DNA from: Candidatus Latescibacterota bacterium
Lineage (GTDB): Bacteria > Latescibacterota > UBA2968 > GCA-2709665
Direction of reading: 5' to 3'
DNA: 64,000 bases
Assembly: GCA_965208835.1 (NCBI GenBank)
Contig: OZ242358.1
Span: 2,208,001-2,272,000 of the forward strand
The notes below the pieces were generated by a model, which worked only from the letters and a program-made list of their open reading frames with translations, did no database searches and was not told the DNA's origin. Positions 39,882 through 47,750 of the stretch are shown here, piece after piece (within the stretch, counting starts at the first letter, position 1; each line of letters starts with the position of its first letter). The position numbers and the translations under genes were made by a program.

Positions 39882-39984
39882 GGTGACCTCCTTCCTCAAT
39901 GCGTGAATCCGGTCAGGTTGGACACATTCCGAGGGGTGTGTGACACCGGGATTCTTCCGGCCGCCTCAACTGGGTCGCGCGCGT

Positions 39985-40761
39985 TCAATCCGCTTTCTGA
40001 AGAGACCGTTTGCGCTCCCAGCGATCGTACCAGTCCAGCAGCCGGGGGGTTGGCGCGAAATCGTGGATCGTTACCCGTCTGCGTCCGGGCAGGTAGTTGC
40101 CGAGATGCCAGCCATTGGGGTGGTAGAGCGCAAAATCCCCCGCGTCCATATACAGTCGCTCCGACCGCGGCATCGCCTGCGTATACTCCAGGCACGCGCG
40201 CTCCCTCGTTTCGCAAGATTCGTCTTCAGGTGGCAGCGGAGCCCCGGCGGCATCGATTTCATCCGGCAGGTCATCTCTCAGGTGACTGCCGGGCACATAC
40301 CATGTACAGTTGTCCTCGTATAGAGGGCAGTTGATCTGATTGAACCAGTGCGGGTCGCGGTTTACCCGGCGAAACTCATCCAGGTCGGGTACATTGGATG
40401 TTTCCCGAATGTCCCGGTGCCACGCCGTACACCACGGTTTGTCCCGCGGCTCCAGCAGCAGTCCCATACGTTTGAGTCCGCTATTGGCAATTTTGTGTTC
40501 CGGCGTCAGCACCTTGCCGATAGCGTCTACCAGCCGGGGAAGTTCCGCATAGTCCCGGAAGGGTCCCATATCGATGTCGTAGTCGACGATGGGCTGGAGG
40601 CGCTGTGCCTGAGGGCCACGCTTATCGCGGGCATAGTGATGCGCCATCGCCGTGGCGCGGCGAAGGTCTCGAATGAGCCCCGGCGGAAGGATCTGCCGGA
40701 AAATCACGCAACCCCGCGTCCGGTATTCGTGGATCATAGAATCACAGAATCTGAATCCCAA
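39985..40761 (-). CDS. Phytanoyl-CoA dioxygenase (PhyH) family Fe(II)/2OG dioxygenase
   Basis: WHRD, YVPGSH, AGD...WHLG; TTG start after GGAGG (ATG 40737 is an alternative). Confidence 0.85.
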   Translation of the reverse strand: MGFRFCDSMIHEYRTRGCVIFRQILPPGLIRDLRRATAMAHHYARDKRGPQAQRLQPIVDYDIDMGPFRDYAELPRLVDAIGKVLTPEHKIANSGLKRMGLLLEPRDKPWCTAWHRDIRETSNVPDLDEFRRVNRDPHWFNQINCPLYEDNCTWYVPGSHLRDDLPDEIDAAGAPLPPEDESCETRERACLEYTQAMPRSERLYMDAGDFALYHPNGWHLGNYLPGRRRVTIHDFAPTPRLLDWYDRWERKRSLQKAD

Positions 40762-40801
40762 TTGCGCCTCCACCGGTTCGCGTGGTCGATTTCCTTCCTC
40801 A

Positions 40802-41011
40802 GAAGCTGTCCTAAAATTCCCAGCGGTCTTCGCGCGGCTGCAAAAGCGCCGGTCGGCGTTGGTCAAACCCACCCGTCGTGCGAGATCGAGGCTGCGCCTG
40901 CTCGCCTCTCATAGACGGATTTTCCCGTCGGCGCTGCGCGCCCCTCGTGCCTCTTAACCGCCACTTTTTCGCTCGCGCTCGGGAACTCACCGGTAATTTT
41001 AAGACAGCTTC
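40802..41011 (+). mobile_element. MITE-like family A copy (long central insert)
   Basis: TIRs GAAGCTGTCCTAAAATT / AATTTTAAGACAGCTTC; TCA duplicated on both sides (right copy is the TGA stop of the MOSC gene). Confidence 0.9.
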
Positions 41012-41569
41012 TCAGACCTTCTTCACGATATCGCCCACCCGAACGGTGCCGGGTTGAACCACTCGCGCGTTGAGACCGCGAAGTCGAAGCCGCCTCCCCA
41101 GTTTCGAGTTGACGAATTTCATGGCATCCACGCCAAAACGGGATACGAATTTCCCGCAACCCGTATGGGGATGCTCGGATACCCGGATCACGGCGGTGCC
41201 AAGGGACAATCGGGTACCGGGCGGCAGGTTTTCTTGGCTCAGATCCAGGTCCAGGTACAACTGGTCACCCGCGAGTTGCCAGCGGCTGTCTTCCTGAGCG
41301 ACGAGCGCGGCGCACCGGGCGTTCATGACGGTGAGCTGTGTGTAGGGATCGGCCGATCCGTCCGGGGTTCGTGAACTGCCGCGGGACTTCCAGTTGTCGC
41401 CCACGAGGCCTTCCGACGGGTGAAGTTCGCCCTCGGCGAGCACTTCGCGCTGCTCGACTTCCGGCCGACGCACGATCATCTTCAGGACACCTTCGTCCTC
41501 CGGTGAGTTCCCGACGTCGTGCAGACCCTGTTCGAGTTCCTTCATTGTCAGATGTCTTATGCCATCCAT
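41012..41569 (-). CDS. MOSC domain-containing protein
   Basis: GLVGD, AGDQLYLDLDLS, GTRLSLG, PHTGCGKF, RGLNARVVQPG. Confidence 0.88.
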   Translation of the reverse strand: MDGIRHLTMKELEQGLHDVGNSPEDEGVLKMIVRRPEVEQREVLAEGELHPSEGLVGDNWKSRGSSRTPDGSADPYTQLTVMNARCAALVAQEDSRWQLAGDQLYLDLDLSQENLPPGTRLSLGTAVIRVSEHPHTGCGKFVSRFGVDAMKFVNSKLGRRLRLRGLNARVVQPGTVRVGDIVKKV

Positions 41570-41668
41570 ATTCACCCTCCGTTTTGACGGTTGTCTTGTG
41601 TTGGGAATTGCATCCTGTTGCGGGAATGGCACGGATACCGCAGGCGCCACGGGCCCCGGATGCAAAAA

Positions 41669-42352
41669 TCATGTTGGGGCCGAAGGCCAGTCAAAACCGT
41701 AGCCGACTCCTCTAACCGTGGAAATCGCGCCGTTAAAGCCGGCCAGTTTTGTTCTAAGCCTCGCAACGTGTACGTCGACGGTACGCATGCCGCCGTGATA
41801 GTCGTACCCCCAGATGCGGTCGAGCAGATCCGAACGGGTAAAGACGCGACCCCTGTGGACGACCAGATACTTCAGCAGTTCGTACTCTTTCAGCGTGAGG
41901 TCGACGAGGACGTCGTTGACGCGGACCTCGTAGCGCACCAGATTGATGGCAAGTTCGTCCAGTCGGATAACGTCCCTTCGTTCCGCGCGCCCGAGGATCA
42001 GTCGCAGGCGAGATTCCAGCTGCCCGAGGGAGTACGGCTGCGTGATGAAGTCCGTGATTCCGGCTGAGAAGTCGATATCCGCGACGCGGGCCTCGTCGGT
42101 AATCAACAGTACCGGCGTGTTACGGGAAGCGGGAGGCCGCAGCAGGCGCTGAACACGGTTGGGCAGGTGGCCGGGGAACGTGTCGTCCACGACGAGGAGA
42201 TCGGTCGGATTGCCCGGCAGGCTGCCGGTATCGGGCAATGCGACGCGATCCTGGTTCCAGGCCAGGCGTGAAACGGAATGACCGATCGACTCCAGGTCTG
42301 ACTTCAGGCGTATGCCTTCTGTTTCGCTGGCAAGAAGCAGGATGCGGGACAT
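41669..42352 (-). CDS. Orphan OmpR-family regulator with atypical receiver (GlnR-like)
   Basis: Winged helix LTLKEYELL..RSDLLDRIWGYDY..RTVDVHVARLR..TVRGVGY; receiver lacks the acidic pair and conserved Lys. Confidence 0.88.
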   Translation of the reverse strand: MSRILLLASETEGIRLKSDLESIGHSVSRLAWNQDRVALPDTGSLPGNPTDLLVVDDTFPGHLPNRVQRLLRPPASRNTPVLLITDEARVADIDFSAGITDFITQPYSLGQLESRLRLILGRAERRDVIRLDELAINLVRYEVRVNDVLVDLTLKEYELLKYLVVHRGRVFTRSDLLDRIWGYDYHGGMRTVDVHVARLRTKLAGFNGAISTVRGVGYGFDWPSAPT

Positions 42353-42461
42353 AGAATGGGCGCGGCGTCTTGCCGCGGATATGCGGCGGAAATCGCTCCC
42401 GACGGCGATTTGTCAGGTCTGACTCGTCCGGCCGGAACAGTGGCTTGCAACCGGAAGGCGG

Positions 42462-42491
42462 AAATTACAGCGTGCCGTTCAATTCTGTCAA
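42462..42491 (-). promoter_or_regulatory. Possible proximal sigma70-type promoter of the regulator
   Basis: TTGACA-18 nt-TAATTT on the minus strand. Confidence 0.45.
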
Positions 42492-42640
42492 GGGATATCT
42501 AAGTGCGGCAAAACCCCGGTATCACCGGCCTTTCGGGACCAAATGCCGGTCGGTCGGGCATTGTTGCGGTTTGCCGGATGCCATATACAAACCGAAAGAA
42601 GGCCGAAATGCACAGCAGGCTCGGCCCTCTCACGGGTACA

Positions 42641-42731
42641 AATATAGCAAAATCCAGATACGAAGTCAATAAATTTAAATCCTTTAAAAACATAATATTA
42701 TATTGACTTTATCGTTACCGTTTCGTATTTT
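42641..42731. promoter_or_regulatory. Back-to-back divergent sigma70-type promoters
   Basis: Minus: TTGACT(42669-42664)-17-TATATT(42646-42641); plus: TTGACT(42703-42708)-17-TATTTT(42726-42731); AT-rich spacer between them. Confidence 0.72.
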
Positions 42732-42818
42732 TTCTCTTTGAATGGCTCGTTCTTCACACTGACCCTCCTGTTCCAGCGGCTGATGGAGTGGCCTTTCCGT
42801 GTTCACGGGGAGGATTCA

Positions 42819-43844
42819 ATGGATCAGAAACCGGACAGTCACAGGCGGGAGAACTGTGCGGTCTGTGGTGCGAAGATTCCCACGGAACGCAGGACTGAAA
42901 TGCCCACTGCGACGACGTGCCTGCAGTGTCAACAGCGGCGGGAATCGCGGGAAGGGCCGGACGATGATCGTGACGAAGCTCGAAGCGGCGCAACTGGCGC
43001 GCCTGAACCCGCCGCGCGGGATTCGGTGGAGGTACGGGGAAATCTGGTGTTGGCGGGGGAATGGTCAGGAAATCTGGTCGACCTGCTCGCACGCGAAAGG
43101 GAGGTGAGGCGGCTTCTGGAGACGGGTGACTCCAGGAGGGCTCGAACGCTGGTACAGGCGCTTCCCGTGGAGGAGCAGGCGGCACTGGTGGCGATGAGCG
43201 ATGAGCCGGAGGAGATGCTCTCAATAACCGGTGCAGACAGTCTCGGGGTTCCCGGCTACAGCCCGGAGGTTGTGGACCTGCTGCCGGCCGAGACGCTGGG
43301 AAGTCTGATTTCAATCAATCCCGATGAACGAAAGTTCAATACAGCACTGATCCGGGCGATGTCCCCCGATGTCCTGCGTAGCACGATGGCCGAGACGCTG
43401 GACCGGGTAGACAATCCCGGATTGCGCACGCAGGTGTCCTGGGAGTGGCTGCAGGCCCTTGCGACGCTGGGTGAACCCGATCGCCGCGCTGAGCTGTTGC
43501 GCGCCGTGGACCCTGCACATCTGGAAGACGCGCTGCTGGACCGGTTGGAACATCTGAAGTTGAATGAGGTCGTCGGATTTCCCGGCTTTCAGGTCTACCG
43601 GTTTCGGCTCTTTTCCACGGAGGGTCCCGGCGGGACCCGTCCCAGCGCGTTTGTAGACGACCCGGAGACCGGAATCGTACTCGACGCCCTCTATGAAGCC
43701 GCGCCGGCCGTGCTGTCAAACGCGATTCGCGGAGCGTGGGAGCGGTCCGCCGGCGAAGATGAAGAAGAGAACACGGGGCCAACGACGGAGCCCAAAGAGG
43801 CAGACATTGTGGAGCAGTCGAATGAACCTTCCGACAGGCGTTGA
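42819..43844 (+). CDS. TraR/DksA C4 zinc-finger protein fused to an uncharacterised helical domain
   Basis: CAVCGAKIPTERRTEMPTATTCLQCQ; GGAGG RBS. Confidence 0.75.
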   Translation: MDQKPDSHRRENCAVCGAKIPTERRTEMPTATTCLQCQQRRESREGPDDDRDEARSGATGAPEPAARDSVEVRGNLVLAGEWSGNLVDLLAREREVRRLLETGDSRRARTLVQALPVEEQAALVAMSDEPEEMLSITGADSLGVPGYSPEVVDLLPAETLGSLISINPDERKFNTALIRAMSPDVLRSTMAETLDRVDNPGLRTQVSWEWLQALATLGEPDRRAELLRAVDPAHLEDALLDRLEHLKLNEVVGFPGFQVYRFRLFSTEGPGGTRPSAFVDDPETGIVLDALYEAAPAVLSNAIRGAWERSAGEDEEENTGPTTEPKEADIVEQSNEPSDRR

Positions 43845-44724
43845 TCTCGATAGACTCAGGGTGGAATCGGAGGGATTCCTGGGACAGGCCATCGCCCTTG
43901 GGATCAGGTACGGGAAACTGTCCGAACATACCCCTGACGTCCTGATGGCCTATTTGCGTACCGCGGGGATGAGATTCGGCCGGCGGTACCGGACCGGGAT
44001 CGCCGTATCGCGGGATGTACTGGAGCAGGGGGTGGGCAAGACGCTGGTCAGTCTTGAACTGGGCCTGACAATTGTCTCGGAGCAGGATCTCAACCGGGGT
44101 GTGGACCTGCTTGCCGAAGGCGATTACGAAAAAATCCGAAAAAGGGGCTGGGAGGAAGCATACGCGCGTCTGGAAGAGATGGGCCGCGTATGCCGCTCGA
44201 TCCCAGGAAGGCCGGAGTCGTGTCTGTTGAGGGACTATGCCTCGCAGTTCGATCGCTGGTCCCGCGTGGTCCCGGAGACCTGGATGGTTTCGGGAGCGGA
44301 GGACGAAGACGCGGACCACGTGGACCCGTTGCGGGATTACGCCAGGTTTCGGGAACTGGATGCCCGCCTGAACTTCATCCGGCTCATTCCATCGTCCACC
44401 TTGCATCCCTTTGCCGAGGCCGTGAACGAGTGCCGTTTCAGCGATTTCGTTCGACATCTGATACTGGCGCTGGCCCTGGACCTCGAGACGCTGGTCCCCT
44501 CCTCACGTGAGGTTTCAGTCTTCGAAACCGACTGTCTCGGCCAGGAAGGCGTGGCGGCCTGGGCGCACGACAAGGTGACGACAAAAGCGAATGAGATGAC
44601 GCGCAAGGCGGTCGATGATTCGCACCGGCGGATGCTGTTAATGCAGGATGTGGAAGACGAGATGGCCTGCCTGGCGGGACTCCCGGCGGATTCGCTTGCG
44701 GACGCATTCGTGACTGAATCCTGA
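43822..44724 (+). CDS. Hypothetical protein (DUF6178/DUF6179-like, tentative)
   Basis: Overlaps the upstream gene, GGAG RBS; SLELGL..SEQDLNRGVDLL segment recalls DUF6178 C-terminal region. Confidence 0.55.
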   Translation: MNLPTGVDLDRLRVESEGFLGQAIALGIRYGKLSEHTPDVLMAYLRTAGMRFGRRYRTGIAVSRDVLEQGVGKTLVSLELGLTIVSEQDLNRGVDLLAEGDYEKIRKRGWEEAYARLEEMGRVCRSIPGRPESCLLRDYASQFDRWSRVVPETWMVSGAEDEDADHVDPLRDYARFRELDARLNFIRLIPSSTLHPFAEAVNECRFSDFVRHLILALALDLETLVPSSREVSVFETDCLGQEGVAAWAHDKVTTKANEMTRKAVDDSHRRMLLMQDVEDEMACLAGLPADSLADAFVTES

Positions 44725-44765
44725 TCCGGTTCGGATGGGAAAGTACATTGAAATCTGCAAACGAC

Positions 44766-46265
44766 TCAGGATACCGATTTTCCGAAATGCCTGGCAAAGT
44801 CCAGGAAATCGGAGAAACCGATCTCTCCGTCCTGATTGAGATCAAACCTCGAATCGAAGTCGACCGCGCCATCGTAACGGCCGAAATGCAGCGCGAATAG
44901 AAGGAAATCGGCGAAATCCACCTGACCGCTGGCGTCGAAATCGACTCTGACGATCGCCACCTGTTCCCATGTGCGCATTCTGCCCATGAACGCGAGAATC
45001 GCATTGGAGTCGACCAATTCGTCGCATTCCAGTATCAGCACGTCCCTCCCGTCCTGCGATACGACAATCGATCCGGCATTGGTCGGATATTTGGATGTAA
45101 GCAGCTCGCGATAGGCATCCGCAAAGTCGTCCGCGTCGTCTTCCGTATCCCAACTCGTGTAGAGCAGCAGCAACAGGTCCCGACCGCCCCGCGACTGAAA
45201 GACCGCGTACCGGTCGCCGTTCCATCCTTCCGCCGCCGATTCACCACGAACGTCCATATCAAAGACGGCGAAGATGATCCGCCACGTCATTTCTCCGATC
45301 GTATCCACGTCCAGTAACTTCCAGTCGTCGAATAGACCCGCTTTCTCAAATGGCGGCCAGGTAAACCGGTCCGGTTCTTCCCGCTCAATCCATTTCCGCG
45401 GATGCAGGATCTGCTCGGTTGAAACGGGTGGCTCAAAGTAAAGCCGATTGACGGCGCTCCATCCGTCCCTCTGAATCTCGTGGATAAAATTCATGCCGTA
45501 GGCATAGATGCCGGCCTGCTGTAACAACATAAAGTCAGGGAGTCTGTCGATTGTCTGAAGGGCTTGCGGCGAACTGCCCTGCAATCGTGCAAGATCCTTC
45601 ATCCCATTCCGGACCGCCTCCGCGTCAAGCAGCAACTGATCGCGGATCAGGCTGCGCAGTAGCCCGCGACCCGGCATCCGTCCAAACCGGTTATACAGAT
45701 ACCAGATGGTCTCGACGTACGTCGCGTCGCCTTCCCCGACCGACTGACGCGCGAGCTGTTCGTCGGTATTCAACGAATCGGCTCGCGCCGGCAGGTACCT
45801 GTTGAGGTCGAAGTGCTGGTCCTGCAGACCGTGGCAGAGTTCGTGGGCGAGAACCGCGTCCAGCAGTCCCGCGGGAAGGTTCTCTTTGAGGACGTAGAAT
45901 CTGTCTGTTTCCGGATCGTAATATGCCAACGCGCCAGCTTGCAGGAAGGTGATTACCAGAGAGCGATCAAGGACGGACTCTCCGCTGTACAGTCCCAGCC
46001 TTCGAATCACCGGATCGTAATGCGCCCACTCCGCGGCGGTATATTGCTGATCCATCTGGCGTTCCACGTACGCCCGGAATTCCGATGGACTCTGCACCGC
46101 GACGTCGATGGACCACTTGAACGACAGTTCGCGGACCTGTGCGATCTCGTCCTCGATCTGCAGGGCTCTGCGCCTGAGCTGAGCCAGGTCCTGGCCCCCA
46201 GCGGGGCCTTCCGTGAGGGTGACTGCGAATGAAACGAATGCCGCCAGAAATCGAAGAATTCTCAT
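44766..46265 (-). CDS. Secreted putative zinc metallopeptidase with C-terminal dockerin/EF-hand-like pair
   Basis: Signal peptide; AHELCHGLQDQHF (HExxH), EGDAT, PPVSTEQILHP, AAEGWNGD; DFDASGQVDFADFL and FDLNQDGEIGFSDFL. Confidence 0.8.
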   Translation of the reverse strand: MRILRFLAAFVSFAVTLTEGPAGGQDLAQLRRRALQIEDEIAQVRELSFKWSIDVAVQSPSEFRAYVERQMDQQYTAAEWAHYDPVIRRLGLYSGESVLDRSLVITFLQAGALAYYDPETDRFYVLKENLPAGLLDAVLAHELCHGLQDQHFDLNRYLPARADSLNTDEQLARQSVGEGDATYVETIWYLYNRFGRMPGRGLLRSLIRDQLLLDAEAVRNGMKDLARLQGSSPQALQTIDRLPDFMLLQQAGIYAYGMNFIHEIQRDGWSAVNRLYFEPPVSTEQILHPRKWIEREEPDRFTWPPFEKAGLFDDWKLLDVDTIGEMTWRIIFAVFDMDVRGESAAEGWNGDRYAVFQSRGGRDLLLLLYTSWDTEDDADDFADAYRELLTSKYPTNAGSIVVSQDGRDVLILECDELVDSNAILAFMGRMRTWEQVAIVRVDFDASGQVDFADFLLFALHFGRYDGAVDFDSRFDLNQDGEIGFSDFLDFARHFGKSVS

Positions 46266-46278
46266 ACGGACAGGACTT

Positions 46279-46689
46279 TCAGGTCCCGGACTCTTTCTCG
46301 GCGGCGCGGTGGCGGGATTCCCGTCCCTGCTCGGGGGTGGGATCTTTGACGAGGCCGTAGGACTCGCGCCCTTCGTGCCCTTCCGGCAGGTATTCGGTGA
46401 CCGGAAGACCTTCGGGTGTGACAAAAAGCAGACAATGGCAATATTTGTAGATCTTCATCTCGTCGCACGCGCAGATCCATTCCCTGCTGCGTTCGAGTTC
46501 CGCTTTCTTGTCGGGATAGAAGTTGCAGGGACATAATGGGCGACCGAGTTCGTCGACGTGGGCCGCCAGGCCGTTGACAACGGCTTCCGTGATGCCCCGG
46601 TCCGGATGACCGGTCGTACCGGTTTTCTCGCAATATTTCTCGAAGTAGACCCACATACGCTTCAGGCTTTTTTCCGACGGCTGGTCCAT
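46279..46689 (-). CDS. Ferredoxin-thioredoxin reductase catalytic subunit-like protein
   Basis: GRPLCPC, WICAC, YCHCLLF (six Cys of the FTR catalytic motif). Confidence 0.88.
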   Translation of the reverse strand: MDQPSEKSLKRMWVYFEKYCEKTGTTGHPDRGITEAVVNGLAAHVDELGRPLCPCNFYPDKKAELERSREWICACDEMKIYKYCHCLLFVTPEGLPVTEYLPEGHEGRESYGLVKDPTPEQGRESRHRAAEKESGT

Positions 46690-46740
46690 TGGCGGTCTCC
46701 GGGGTATAGGGGGTTGTGTGTATGATGGAAAAAGGAAAGC

Positions 46741-47556
46741 CTAACGGAGACCGTTAAGGTAGTCCATGGACTTCCTGAGTTCAGCTTTCGGGTCGTTTCC
46801 CGGCGGGATGGCGCATTCAAAGCCGCTGAAGTACTCGTAACCGATATCGTCCAGAGCCTGGAGTGCAGGTCTGAAGTCGGTATGTCCGTAGCCCGGTAGG
46901 ACCCGGTTGCTGTCGGCCAGATGCACGTTCGTGATCCGTTCTCCGCAGTTGCGGATCGCATCTGCCATATCGGACTCTTCAATGCTCATGTGAAAGAAGT
47001 CCGCCATAAGAGTGACTCCCGGACTGTCGACCGCATTGCAGATATCAAGCCCGTCCGCGAGCGTACACGGCCACCACTGTTCGTACCGGTTGAGCGGTTC
47101 GATGATGACGCTGCATCCGCAGGCTTCGGCGTGCGGACCGATATCGAGCTTCAGGATTTCGGTGAGCAGCCTCGATTCCAGGTGCGCGGTGGTCGCAAGA
47201 GGAGACAGGTCCGGAATACGGTGGCCCTGTTGCAGTTTAATGGCGATCAACGGAGGGAATATGACCCCGACGCCGCCCAGGTCGCCGCAAAGTGAGAGCG
47301 CGTCCTTGAGGTCTTGCGATGCCCTCCTGCGTTCCTCGCGTCTGGCATCCAGGAGACCCATTGAACCCCGTATTGAAAATATATTGGGGGTGACGCCGGT
47401 TTCAGCGGACGCCTTGCGGATCTCGCCGGCGTGTGCCACTGAACTGCTGGCGGTGATTTCGATGCCTTCGATGCCGATTTCCGCAAGGTTGCGGAATTTT
47501 TCCAGGATGGTGTTTCCGGGTGCCATATTTTCGCGTATGGAGTATTTAAGCGGCAT
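46741..47556 (-). CDS. Sugar phosphate isomerase/epimerase (TIM barrel)
   Basis: IEPLNRYE, DFFHMSIEE, HLADSNR..PGYGHTDF, FEC. Confidence 0.9.
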   Translation of the reverse strand: MPLKYSIRENMAPGNTILEKFRNLAEIGIEGIEITASSSVAHAGEIRKASAETGVTPNIFSIRGSMGLLDARREERRRASQDLKDALSLCGDLGGVGVIFPPLIAIKLQQGHRIPDLSPLATTAHLESRLLTEILKLDIGPHAEACGCSVIIEPLNRYEQWWPCTLADGLDICNAVDSPGVTLMADFFHMSIEESDMADAIRNCGERITNVHLADSNRVLPGYGHTDFRPALQALDDIGYEYFSGFECAIPPGNDPKAELRKSMDYLNGLR

Positions 47557-47651
47557 ATCGGGATTCCTGTCTGCGGGTGGAGGGCCTGCCGATCGACGGT
47601 CGTCCGCGGGTAACAGATCATTGTTGTTGACCGCATGGACGCGCACCGCGC

Positions 47652-47680
47652 AATATAGGTTCCGTCATGTGGCGTGTCAA
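47652..47680 (-). promoter_or_regulatory. Sigma70-type promoter
   Basis: TTGACA-17 nt-TATATT on the minus strand. Confidence 0.7.
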
Positions 47681-47750
47681 GTTGAGCACCGGCCTTTAGT
47701 GCGGGTCGGAACGACACGGCCGCGACGCGGGACTGGAGGGCGACGACGCA

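Noticed and set aside
42506-42577. c-di-GMP-I riboswitch resemblance (GGCAAAACC...GGGACCAAATGCC...TGCCG)
   Set aside because: No GNRA tetraloop/receptor arrangement, and it lies upstream of the plus-strand promoter
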